DNA of 64,000 bases, from positions 456,424 to 520,423 of the forward strand of contig CAVTBU010000008.1 in assembly GCA_963733035.1 (NCBI GenBank), given 5' to 3'. Source of the stretch: Pirellulales bacterium (GTDB lineage Bacteria > Planctomycetota > Planctomycetia > Pirellulales > PALSA-1355). A model generated the notes under the pieces. It did not search any database. It saw nothing but the letters and a program-made list of their open reading frames with translations, and was not told the DNA's origin. Both the position numbers and the translations under genes were made by a program. Positions within the stretch are counted from its first letter, which is position 1. Every line of letters begins with the position of its first letter. This document shows, piece by piece, positions 1 through 10,042 of the stretch.

Positions 1-838
1 GGCCAGGAAGCCGGCGGGGAGGCTGGTCGCCGTTCACGTCGATCACGTAGATGAACGAATCGATTGTGAAGGCCAACTGCGAATCATCGGGCGACCAACT
101 CACGTGGCCGCCAACCATGCCGTCGCGTTCGTAGCGCGGTTTGAACTCCTGACTCACGGCACCGACCCGGGCGATATACAATCCACGCGGACCATCCGCG
201 GTTGCCCGCGAAAAAAATGCCAGACGCTGCCCATCATGCGACCAGTCATAGGCTGTGGGGCGCTGCGCAAACCCATCGACGAGTAGCCGGTCTTCGTTGT
301 TGCTCAAATCGAGGTAGCGAACCGTGTTCCCTTGATTGAAGGCGATCTTGGTGCCGTCCGCGCTCCAACGGGGCCAGGTGCCTTCGATCACCCAGTCGCG
401 TCCGCCCGTAGCGAGACTCTGCACCCAGATGCCGGCCCGCAGGCCTCCACCAAAATGATGAAAAACCAATTGCTGGTCGTCAGGAGACCAGTCGGGAGCG
501 CCATGTCCTTCGATCTCCCGCAGGTTTGTTCCGTCGCGATTGACGATAAAAACCTTGCGTTCGCCGTTGGGTCCTTGCGAAACGTCGAAGGCAATACGCT
601 GGCCGTCGTGACTCCAGCGGGGCGACCAGTGTTTCTTGAAGCCATCGACCTCCACGACTTTGCGCTCTTCGCTGCCGTCGATCTTCATGATGTATATTCC
701 CAGGCCGTCGTCCGCACAAAGACCCACGGCCGGTAGCACAATAGCGGCTATCCACAAACCGATCGCCAATTTGCCAGCGGCGCAAATCACCTGATTCGGG
801 GTCTGTCCTGTTCGCGGGCGACGAGTCGCGGGGATCAT
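1..838 (-). CDS. TolB-like PD40/beta-propeller protein, runs off the left edge of the window
   Basis: Not in the ORF track; hand-translated from ATG at 838 (CAGGAG RBS upstream). Signal-like N-terminus, then repeated PRWSHDGQRIAF, PDWSPDDQQLVF, PRWSADGTKIAF, YDWSHDGQRLAF, VSWSPDDSQLAF. Confidence 0.85.
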   Translation of the reverse strand, partial: MIPATRRPRTGQTPNQVICAAGKLAIGLWIAAIVLPAVGLCADDGLGIYIMKIDGSEERKVVEVDGFKKHWSPRWSHDGQRIAFDVSQGPNGERKVFIVNRDGTNLREIEGHGAPDWSPDDQQLVFHHFGGGLRAGIWVQSLATGGRDWVIEGTWPRWSADGTKIAFNQGNTVRYLDLSNNEDRLLVDGFAQRPTAYDWSHDGQRLAFFSRATADGPRGLYIARVGAVSQEFKPRYERDGMVGGHVSWSPDDSQLAFTIDSFIYVIDVNGDQPPRRLPG

Positions 839-885
839 GAATTTCTCCTGGTGTTGGATCATCTGGTGATCCAACGCGCGGCGAA

Positions 886-3708
886 TTATGGCTGCGCATC
901 CGGCTGGTCACCACCGGCTGACAACAGACTTTGCAATGCTTGGCGAAGCGTTTCATCAAATCGCGGTCCGCCGCCGACGAAGAGCCGCGCGACTTTGCCG
1001 TCGCGGTCGATGACGACGGTTTGCGGGATGGCAGTGGCACCATACTTTTCGGCCACCAGCCCGTCGCGATCAAGGACTACGGTCATCGTCAGTCCGAGAC
1101 GCTCCAGTGCCGCTTTGATTTGCTCGGGTGTCTCCTGCAGATTGACCGCGACAAGTTCGACTTGCTGGTCCGCGAACTCGCGGGCAACGGCATGAACCTG
1201 AGGCATGGCTTGCAAGCAAGGACCACACCAAGAGGCCCAAAAGTCGAGCACGAGCACCTTGTCCTTCCGGTCGGAGAGACGAAACTTGCCGCCTTCAAGA
1301 GATTGCAATTCGAAATCGGGCGCCGGCTTGCCGACCAGCGCAGACTCGACTCCCTCGATCGAGGCGTCCTCGGCCAGGCCATTTTCCTGAAATTCGAGCG
1401 GGTCGAGCGACGGTGTCAGCCTCCAGTTATGAAAGACGAGCGCGGCCGCCGCCTCTTCGATCGCGCTACCGACGAGCAGTTTGTCGATCTCGTTCAAGTC
1501 AACGCGACAATTGCCCAACAGTTTGCTTTGTCCGGTGAGAATCCCGGCTGCCACTTGTTTGGCCTCGAACGTCAAACGGTTGCCGTTGGGTGGAATTGCC
1601 TGAACCCGCGTGGCGGACTGCTGCTCATCGGCCGGCGGCGACGCGGCCTGGTCGGTTTCATCGGCGTGCAACCAGATAATCCGTGCCACGTTTTCGCGCG
1701 GAATGGTTTTGGTTTCCAGCCGAATTTCGACCTGTAAGTTTTTGTCGTCCATCGCCACGAGCCGGCCCCGCAGATAGTCGCCGTTGACGGCTCGTATCAA
1801 TTGCGTGGGCGGGCTATCGCGCTGCATCCGCGGCAAGGTGAGCAGTCGGTCTCTCTTTTCCTTCGCGATATGAACAGGAGCTGCGTTGGGCAGCAGTTCC
1901 AGTACTTTCACGCTCTCGTGGGGTATGAACGTCGCGTCGGTAACGGGAGACTTGAACAAGATCCCATTCTCGTCGATGGAAGCCATGGTACAGGGAAGCT
2001 TGTCTCCCGAGCGCAAGTGCAAAACGCATTCAGCAGGCGCGACAGCGGAGGGCTCTACGTTATCGCGGCGGAGGCCATGGATGCGGAGTTGCCGGAGCAC
2101 GTCTTGGTGGACGGCAAGCCTTCGAACCTTCGGCGTCGATCCCGCCGCCGGGTGGCTTACGGGTGGTGGCGGTTCGCGATAAATCACGCGCGCCGAGGCG
2201 CCGCGCTCGAGCGGACTTGCCACGCTACTGGCGATGGGCTGCCAAACGAGACAGCTATTCTTCCCCACGTCACCATCTACCAGTCGGCCGTGCAGCGTAA
2301 CGCCATCCATTTCGAGCCGGCCAATGCGACCCTCCTGTTTTGGCGGGTCGCGCTCCGGTCGGACGACCGTGATTGCCTGCAGTGTGCCAAACTCCGGTGA
2401 CCACGGCTCCCGGATGCCAGAGGACTTCACGAAAACCCGGTCGCCTTCAACCCGTACCAGATTGCCGCTGATGCGCATTCCCGATAACAGCACCACCCGC
2501 AGGTTTCCCGACGCGACTTCCGCAGTCGCGCCGAACGTGCAGCCGGCCATCTCGTCGGCGGGAACCCGTCGCTCGCCATCGTTGAACTTCACGACGAACT
2601 GGTTTTGCGCGGCGTCGTAGGATCGAACCGTGCCCACCTCGGTCGTGCCGCCGGCCAGAAGAACTTTGGTCTGGTCGGGTGGGCCAATCTGCGGGGGTTC
2701 GGCGTTCCATTTGTAGATCCGCAGATTCTCAACTCGCAGGTCGCCACCAAGGTTGTCGATGCTCAGACCGCCGAACGTCTGCCGATTCTTGCTCGCGACT
2801 TTCAGATCGGCAAGGAGTTTACCGTCGGCCGAGGCAACCAACATATGTCCTCCGGGCTGATCTAAGTAGATCTCGAGAGAAATCCTTCCCGGTTCCGAAC
2901 TGAGTTGCTTCAGAACGCTAACGTCGCCGTCCCGCTCCGATTCGCACACGGCGACAAGCCGGTCGCCCCAAACTTCGACGGAGTTCGAGCTGAGTTTTGT
3001 TTTCACTCCTTTTTTGACACCCAGGGACAGTTTGAAATTCGGCTTGGCAGTCCAGGAAAGATCAATTTCCAGCCGGGCTTTTCCAGGGATGTTCAGATCG
3101 CGATAGATGCCAGTCCCCTTGTCACTGGCGACGAAATGCCCGGCGTCCTCTCGCCAGCCGCCGTCCTTGCCGGAAACTTCCCAACCATCGAGGCCCGTCA
3201 GGCCACTGAAGACAAACTCGGAATTGGTGCGACGCTGCATACGGCGAAGGACGGCCCGGTCGATGTGCAATGTCCCAAGTCTGGGAACCTCGACAACCGC
3301 GGATTCCTCGTCAAGCGCCTTGAGCGTGCCGACAAGCAAGTCGCCGCCGACTAATTCGAAGAAATAGGCACCCTCTGCCTGAGGAAACTCCCGAGGCGGC
3401 GGAAAGCGAATCCCCTCGACCGACGCGAGCGAAAACTGAAAAGGGCCGCCGAATCCGGGCGACTTCCAAACGAAGTGTTCACGGTCTCCCGACGCAACCA
3501 ACTCGCCGACGGCACGGTCGCCGTTGGAAAGTAGGATAACCGCCTCGCTTGCATCGGCGGCCCGCGCCGCGCCGGCAACCATTGCGGCCAGCACACAGAC
3601 TCCGCCTGCAAGCCAGCCAGCGGCTTGAGAAGGACGGTCGATTGCCGGCCTTTCAACGGAAATCCGAGGCCGCTCTGGCAGGCACGCGAGGGGAGTGTTC
3701 ATGATCAC
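886..3708 (-). CDS. Secreted multidomain protein with C-terminal TlpA/redoxin domain
   Basis: 940 aa; signal peptide; C-terminal GKPAPDFEL...VLDFWASWCGPC...AIPQTVVIDRDG thioredoxin fold. Confidence 0.85.
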   Translation of the reverse strand: MIMNTPLACLPERPRISVERPAIDRPSQAAGWLAGGVCVLAAMVAGAARAADASEAVILLSNGDRAVGELVASGDREHFVWKSPGFGGPFQFSLASVEGIRFPPPREFPQAEGAYFFELVGGDLLVGTLKALDEESAVVEVPRLGTLHIDRAVLRRMQRRTNSEFVFSGLTGLDGWEVSGKDGGWREDAGHFVASDKGTGIYRDLNIPGKARLEIDLSWTAKPNFKLSLGVKKGVKTKLSSNSVEVWGDRLVAVCESERDGDVSVLKQLSSEPGRISLEIYLDQPGGHMLVASADGKLLADLKVASKNRQTFGGLSIDNLGGDLRVENLRIYKWNAEPPQIGPPDQTKVLLAGGTTEVGTVRSYDAAQNQFVVKFNDGERRVPADEMAGCTFGATAEVASGNLRVVLLSGMRISGNLVRVEGDRVFVKSSGIREPWSPEFGTLQAITVVRPERDPPKQEGRIGRLEMDGVTLHGRLVDGDVGKNSCLVWQPIASSVASPLERGASARVIYREPPPPVSHPAAGSTPKVRRLAVHQDVLRQLRIHGLRRDNVEPSAVAPAECVLHLRSGDKLPCTMASIDENGILFKSPVTDATFIPHESVKVLELLPNAAPVHIAKEKRDRLLTLPRMQRDSPPTQLIRAVNGDYLRGRLVAMDDKNLQVEIRLETKTIPRENVARIIWLHADETDQAASPPADEQQSATRVQAIPPNGNRLTFEAKQVAAGILTGQSKLLGNCRVDLNEIDKLLVGSAIEEAAAALVFHNWRLTPSLDPLEFQENGLAEDASIEGVESALVGKPAPDFELQSLEGGKFRLSDRKDKVLVLDFWASWCGPCLQAMPQVHAVAREFADQQVELVAVNLQETPEQIKAALERLGLTMTVVLDRDGLVAEKYGATAIPQTVVIDRDGKVARLFVGGGPRFDETLRQALQSLLSAGGDQPDAQP

Positions 3709-3723
3709 AACCGGGAGTGCTGT

Positions 3724-4833
3724 CTATCGTTCGTAAATTGGCAAAAATCGAAAGTTCAAGGCCAAACCCAACAGCGACATCGACGTGCCCAGCGGCTTGC
3801 CAAACTGAGACGGGATACTGCCGTCGTCGGCCTGAATCGATTTGAGCTGCCGAACCAAGAGCTTGTTCCATTTTTCCCAAGCCTCGACGTCTCCTTGAAA
3901 CAGCGCCTGGGCCTGGTAGTAGCGGGTGTACTCGGGATAACTGTTGGATGTATTTTCGAGTCGTTCGGTGAGGTTGCCCAGCGCGGCCTTGAACTGCGGC
4001 AAATCCTTGCGCCGCGCGACCGCAAAGACCAACGTGGCGATGGAAGTGCGGGCTGGCGACTCGCCGCCCCCAATGCCTGAGTAGCCCACCTGTCCCGAGT
4101 TGGTGGTCATATTCGCGTAGTACTTGATAGCCCTGTCGACGGCTTCGTCCGGAACTTCAATGCCTGCATTCCGCGCGGCCAGCAGTCCAACCAGCACCGC
4201 GCCGCTGACCGAGGTGTCGGCGTCGCGGCTATCGGGCGAATAGCGCCAGGCCCCGAGGGGATTTTTCTTTTGCGAGGTGATCGCCGCGCGAACCGCCAGT
4301 TGCAGGGCCTCTCCGATGGAACGATGCTTTGGCTCGCTGCCAGTCCATAGGTTGCGGTCGTCGACCGTTCCGTAGGCCTCCGCCAATGCAAGCATGCCGA
4401 ACCCGTGATGGTACATGCTGGAGCCGAGGTATCCGGTGTTCGAATCTTGTTGCGAGATGATGCTCCGCAGCGCGCGTCGAACGTGGCTGCTATACAGACC
4501 GAAGTTGGGATCCTCGCCCGATGCGAGGAACACCATCAGCGCCAAACCGGTGACACCAGGCCCAGTCTGGCCGCCTTGCCAATCGCCCGACTCGCGCTGC
4601 GTCGTTGCCAGGTACTGCAGACCTCGTTCGTAGATATCGCGCACATCGCGCGGGACGACGTCGCCCACGCGCGCATTGGGCAGTTGGGCATTGGCAGCCG
4701 AACCAATCGTGAATGCCCAGCAAATGACCGACAACAAGACCGGCCAAATGAGATTCTGCGCACGGTGCGACAAGGACCGAAGTATCAATCGAGTTTTGCG
4801 TGTGTCTACCATCATGTCTCGTGGCGAAATCAC
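3724..4833 (-). CDS. Prenyltransferase/squalene-cyclase-repeat (alpha/alpha toroid) protein, secreted
   Basis: RGLQYLATTQRESGDW, MYHHGFGMLALAEAYG, GAWRYSP..DADTSVSG, QADDGS repeats; GTGA overlap with the upstream gene. Confidence 0.85.
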   Translation of the reverse strand: MISPRDMMVDTRKTRLILRSLSHRAQNLIWPVLLSVICWAFTIGSAANAQLPNARVGDVVPRDVRDIYERGLQYLATTQRESGDWQGGQTGPGVTGLALMVFLASGEDPNFGLYSSHVRRALRSIISQQDSNTGYLGSSMYHHGFGMLALAEAYGTVDDRNLWTGSEPKHRSIGEALQLAVRAAITSQKKNPLGAWRYSPDSRDADTSVSGAVLVGLLAARNAGIEVPDEAVDRAIKYYANMTTNSGQVGYSGIGGGESPARTSIATLVFAVARRKDLPQFKAALGNLTERLENTSNSYPEYTRYYQAQALFQGDVEAWEKWNKLLVRQLKSIQADDGSIPSQFGKPLGTSMSLLGLALNFRFLPIYER

Positions 4834-5657
4834 TCAGCGTCAATCACCTGCCCCTGAACCAACATTTGTTTCATCGCCTGACCTTGTTGCAGTTGCGGCT
4901 GCAGGAGTTCCCATTGTCGCTCGTCCAACAACGCCTGGAGGTCCTTTTCGGGCAACGTCGACAAGCGATACACGACGAGGTAGTAGTCGAATTGCCCAAA
5001 CGTGGCTGGCGGTTGTGTCCGTTCGACCAACAGTTTGATCAAGGCATCGCGTTGCCGTTGTTCGAGCGGAACCCCGTCTTCCAACATCGAGATCGCCGCC
5101 TCGATGGCCGCTCGATACCGGAATCTGCGCCGTTCCTCCAAGGTTGCCTGGTAGTCGGCACCTTGCTCGGAATCGAGAATTGCTTTAAGCACTTTGGAAT
5201 ACAGCGACTCGGCCCCGAACAAGCCACTCGTCATCTTCGTCTGCAAGGGCTGAATCTCCTGCTGCCAAAACGGCCCCAGCGCGTTCGGATCATTCGCTAA
5301 CTCACCAAACTTCCCGCGAACAATTTCGATTTCGTCAAAAAACCGCGCAATATCGCCGTCGGCGGCCAGTTGCAATTTCCGCTGTTGCGAGTCGGAAAGT
5401 CCAAACCTGCGGGCGGCGCTCGTAAGTTGCAGCTTGAGCCGATCTTCAATCTGCGAGCGGGCTTTGGTCGCGTTTTGGCGATTTTGGAAAACCCATTGAT
5501 CGAAGTTGGCTTGATTAAAGACCATCTGCGGCTGCTGTGGCTGGGCCGGGGCAGGCGCGCCTTCCAAATCATCCGGCGCGGCCCAGCTCACGGCGGCATG
5601 CGCAAGAAGGGTGGCAATTCCCGACACCAACAACAGTGTTCGTACCGTCTGAGTCAT
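4830..5657 (-). CDS. Secreted helical protein with LTxxQ-like motifs
   Basis: Signal peptide; LSDSQQ, LDSEQ, LEQRQ, LDERQ motifs; 4-bp overlaps with both neighbours. Confidence 0.7.
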   Translation of the reverse strand: MTQTVRTLLLVSGIATLLAHAAVSWAAPDDLEGAPAPAQPQQPQMVFNQANFDQWVFQNRQNATKARSQIEDRLKLQLTSAARRFGLSDSQQRKLQLAADGDIARFFDEIEIVRGKFGELANDPNALGPFWQQEIQPLQTKMTSGLFGAESLYSKVLKAILDSEQGADYQATLEERRRFRYRAAIEAAISMLEDGVPLEQRQRDALIKLLVERTQPPATFGQFDYYLVVYRLSTLPEKDLQALLDERQWELLQPQLQQGQAMKQMLVQGQVIDAE

Positions 5658-6688
5658 TCCGCAATGACCTCCAGCAAACCGTTGGGACCGACTCGGGGGT
5701 CCACGGCAGCATCGGGCGGTTCAACGGGCTTTGCCTGTTCGGCCTGCCACCACTCGGTGTCGTCTTGCGGCTGAACGATCGGACTTAAGAACTGAACGCC
5801 GCCGATCTTCGACAAACCTTGCCAGATTGACTTCTGTCCGGCATCCAGGTGCGGTTCCAAGAGGTCGTCCGCCACGTGCGGAAAATACTGCTCTCCGTAA
5901 CGGCTGATCATAAGCCAGTGCTCCCAATGGTCTCGCCATTTCGACGAGACGGATTGCAAAATCTGCGCGCGTTGCTCGTCGCTCAAACACAGGGCGTCGT
6001 CCAAACGGGAGACGAAACACAGAATCGCTGCGCGTTTTCGCTGCGCGACGCGGGCTTCGGTTTGTTTCGAGTATTCGGCGAACTGCTCGGGCGACAGAAT
6101 CGCAGGAAGTTGCTTCATCAGGTCGTCGCGAATGACGGTTGAGGGAGAGAATCCGTACTTGGCCGCGGCGTTGGCGGCGTTGCCCCCTTGCTGAATCTTG
6201 GCGTATTGCACCGCGGCTTCTTGCAGACCCTTTTCACCGGCAGCCAAGATCGCCGGACGCTGTTCGACAGTCGGCTTGCAGTACTGACGCACGGCGTTGA
6301 GCTCCGCCAACAGGATGGGCCGGAATTGCCGCTTCCACTGATCAACCAGCGCATTTTGGTTGTTCGCTCGCTGCATGAGTCCGTTAACCACAAGGTCCTT
6401 GTTGCCCGCATTGCGTATCACCAACCGTCGTACCGCGGGTGCGGCCGCGGCTTTGTTGGCTGCGGGTGCGGGCTTGGCCGCGGGCGCCGCCGCATCCGCG
6501 GCCGGTGCTACTGCCGGAGCCTGCTTGTTTTCGGCCTTCGCTCGCTTCACCGGTTCTTCTGCGCGACTCACAAGCGCGCAGCTTGAGACCAGAAGTAACA
6601 TCAGGGCGGTCGTACGACAGCCAGCAATTTTCATAACACGCGTCTCATTTCCATGGGTTGGTTCAACGGCCGGATGTGCGCACATCAC
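5654..6688 (-). CDS. Secreted helical protein with LTxxQ-like motifs, probable paralogue of the downstream gene; start uncertain
   Basis: Signal peptide, Ala/Pro linker, PTVEQ, LSPEQ, LSDEQ, LDAGQ motifs. Confidence 0.7.
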   Translation of the reverse strand: MMCAHPAVEPTHGNETRVMKIAGCRTTALMLLLVSSCALVSRAEEPVKRAKAENKQAPAVAPAADAAAPAAKPAPAANKAAAAPAVRRLVIRNAGNKDLVVNGLMQRANNQNALVDQWKRQFRPILLAELNAVRQYCKPTVEQRPAILAAGEKGLQEAAVQYAKIQQGGNAANAAAKYGFSPSTVIRDDLMKQLPAILSPEQFAEYSKQTEARVAQRKRAAILCFVSRLDDALCLSDEQRAQILQSVSSKWRDHWEHWLMISRYGEQYFPHVADDLLEPHLDAGQKSIWQGLSKIGGVQFLSPIVQPQDDTEWWQAEQAKPVEPPDAAVDPRVGPNGLLEVIAE

Positions 6689-9600
6689 GGTGCGGCGCGG
6701 TCGCTTTCCAAGCGGTTGAAGTATTCATCCAAGCCGGCGCGGAACTCCTCGGGAAGCGAATTTCCGGTCTCGCCGGTCGCTTGCGACACACCGTGATCCT
6801 CGCGAACCTCCTTGTCGTTGAGGCCCGAGCCGATCAGCGCCAAGGCCGAGTCGGTGGTGGTTCCGCCGCCACCGCCGCCGGGGTTGGAACCGCCTCCGCC
6901 GCCTCCATTGGGATTGATCCGCTTCGATTGCAGCAGCAGTTCAATCGCCTCGGTTTCGGCCGCAATCGCCGGCGAACCGGTTTCCGGACGCCCGAGAATC
7001 TCGGCGGCTTCATCCATCACGCTTTCGACCTGCCCCAAAAGGTTGATCTCCTTGGCAAAATCCGCCTCGCCATCCGGCAGTTCGCGGATCCGCTGGGTCA
7101 GCGCGGCCACCCGCTTGGAGAGGCCCTTTTGCGTAGTCTGTAGACCGCCCGCGCGACGAGCATACTCCTTAGCTTCGAGCGCCGCGCGTGCCTGCTGGGC
7201 CACACGGGTGTCCTCTCGCAGGTTCACCTCGGCCTCCAAAATCTGCATCGCTTCGAGCACGATCGACGGCGGCAAGCTTCCCTTGGATTTGCAGCCCGGG
7301 CATTTGCCGGCACAAGCCGGATCGACCAGATTGTCGGCCCAACGATCGAAGGTATCGGACCAAAACTCACACTGAGCGATCGACATGCCAGTCTCCTTAC
7401 GGACGTCATCGCTGAGTTGCCGCAGGCCGCCGACGGCGTCCTCCTCGCGCATTTCGTCGAGCACGGTTTTGAATCGCTGATAACGCCGTCGCTCGAAGTA
7501 GGCCTGCATATCGTCCATGATCGTCGATAGGTTTTGACTGCTGGCCTCCTCCAGCGTCGACACCTGTTCAAGAACCACCTTCGCAGACGGGATCGGACTG
7601 CCGGGATGCCCGAACGTACCGGTGAGTTGATCGGAGATTTTGCCGGCAACCGAGTATTGCTGGCGGGCGGCCGCCTTGAGCCGTTTGACCAGCGTGCTGC
7701 CCTCGAGATTCGCCAGCACCTTGTTCAACTCGTCGGCGATTTTGTCAAACTCGGCCAGCAGGTCTTGCTGTGCCACGACCGCCTCTTCGAGTTTTTCGCC
7801 CTCAGGTGTCTGGCCGTCCGACTTTTTGCCCTTTCCGGCGACCGTCGTGACCGGCAAGCGGAGCTTGGGACTCGAATTCTTCTTGTTCGGTTCCTGAGCC
7901 TCTTCATCCTTGCTGGCCGGCTGTTGAGAACTCTCGGCGTCGACCACTTGCGGAACGGGCGAGTGTGGCTTGCTTTCGGTCGGCCGCGATTTCCCCTGGC
8001 CGCCGCGCACCTGGCCCGCCGTGGGTCCCTTGCTGGCCGCGCTTGCGATCTTGGCGGGCAACTGCGACGACTGCTTCAACAGGTCGGCCACGTTGGGCAT
8101 GCGATTGCCGGCAATGTCCTTGAGAATCGCCAGCATCTCGGCCCATTGTTCCAGGTGGCCTACGCCAAACTCCGGATTCCGCATCGCCTGGCGGACCAGT
8201 TCTTCGCCGTTGGTAACGAGTCCGCTCAGTCGGCGCCCGTTGGCGCGCTCGGCGGCCGACTGACTTTCGATGCGGCGCCGTGTGTCAGGCTGGTCGAGTT
8301 CGTCGGCCGACAGCATCCGCAATTGCTGGTTGGCGTGGTGCAACTGCAACTCGCGGTCGCGAACGTCCAGCGACTGGCGATGCCATTTACTCAGTTGCTC
8401 GGTCAACCAGATATAGTGCTGCTCGGCGCTGAGCACATAAAGTTGGTAGACGGGGGAGTACGATCGTTTGCGTCCGGGAAAGTAATCTTCCGCGAAAATG
8501 CGCACGCTGATCGGCTGCGGTTCAATGCCCAGCGTCTGCGCAAAAACGTGCCCGCCAGTTCCACGGCCTGCTTGGCGCTCGATCCGGCCGCCAGTACTTG
8601 CTCGCCGCGCGCGGGGGTTGAAACTTCCGACTTCTCGTCGCCCTGCCATTCGACGCCGACAACCTTGACGCCGAAGTCATCCTGAGCAGCAACCTTGAAG
8701 CTCAGCGTTTCGGAGACCAATACCACCTTCTTCCGAGGCAGGCCTTCGCAAGACACCGCGGGCGGCTCATCGTCGCGAGCAGTAATTGCGATCTTGAACG
8801 GCTCCATTCCGTCTAAACCGAACTCATCGCGCCACGAAATCGATAGCTCGCGCGAGGCATCGACCGTCGTGGGCGGGCTGCTGACGTCACGGGCCACGGG
8901 TGTAGCCGGTTGACCGTTCACGCGAGCGCTCGACAGCTTGCGGTTGGCCGTGGCCAGAAACGTCGCGGTGCTTCCTTTGACGAGTGAAATCGACCCGCCG
9001 CGGACGTCCTTCTTCAAGGGTTGCGAAATCTGCAGATAATCGGGCAATTGCACGTTGGCCACCACGGAGCTCAACTCGGGACGCAACATCGGCTCGATGC
9101 GGATCTGCTGTTTCACGTCGCCCACTTGAAGTCGGAACGATGTCTTGTCGATTTGGGGCGGCAAGTTGAATACGTAGCCGCCGTTTTGCAACGACGCCTC
9201 CACCGGACGCCCACTACCCAGTTGGCCAACGCCGGTCGCCGGTTGCCAGCGAGATTCGTCCAGCAAACGGACGGAAATCGTGAGCGGCTCGCCGTGCGCG
9301 ACGACCAGGTGCTCGGGGAGTTCGGCGATGCGAGTGAACGTGTAGCGCGGAATCGGCTCCCACGGACGAATAAATCGCGACCAGGCGTTTGAAGCCGCTG
9401 CCGGAAACAAAACCGAAACTCCGACTGCCAATGCCAGCGGGACCGCGGCCAGCCAGGCCCACATTCGATGTCGCGGATCAGGCACGGCGTCGCGGAAATC
9501 TCGCTTTGCCGCGGTCTCGGCGACCTGTTGGATGGCTGCTTCGCAGAGCGCTCGCGAGCGGACCTGCTCGGATTCGCTGCGCACCAGTTCGATAATGCCG

Positions 9601-9932
9601 AGAATCTGGTCACCGATACTCGGATAGCGGCGGCTCAACAGGCGAGCCAATTGTTCCAGGCGCCGGTGCCTCCATATCCAGCGATGCATGTAAAGAGGCA
9701 CCAAAGCACAACTGACCAGCGCCGAAAGAAAGATCGTCACCCGCGCCCAGGTCGCCGTTTCGACGACGCGATCAAGTGCGAACAGGATGATGAACGCGAC
9801 CGCGACCCCGAATACCGCGCCGCAGGCGGCTTCGACCAATTTGATGGTCCAGACCCGGCGCCGAAACTCCAATAGTTGCGCCTGCAACGAATCGGGTAGC
9901 TGCAGCTCCGAATTGAATCGTGCAACGCTCAT
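6685..9932 (-). CDS. Large membrane-anchored coiled-coil protein (DUF4175-like architecture), split by one frameshift near 8545
   Basis: ORF 8403-9932 (three TM segments, DDFGV motif) continues into ORF 6685-8649 at ...LAGTF/AQTLGIEPQ; C-terminal LPEEFRAGLDEYFNRL. Confidence 0.7.
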
Positions 9933-10042
9933 GGCAATCCTGCTCCTTCGATATCGGGATCGATCGGCACCACGTCACGCAATCGTCGCCTTCGCCGACT
10001 CTCTATCCTAGTGAAATCAACGTCGTTGTACTCACATCCATC

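Noticed and set aside
3724..4833. True squalene-hopene cyclase
   Set aside because: Too short, carries a signal peptide and lacks the DxDD catalytic motif (has DADTS); only the repeat fold is shared.
6855..6906. GCC/ACC-rich tandem repeat
   Set aside because: Simply encodes the poly-Gly linker GGGGGSNPGGGGGG of the minus-strand protein.
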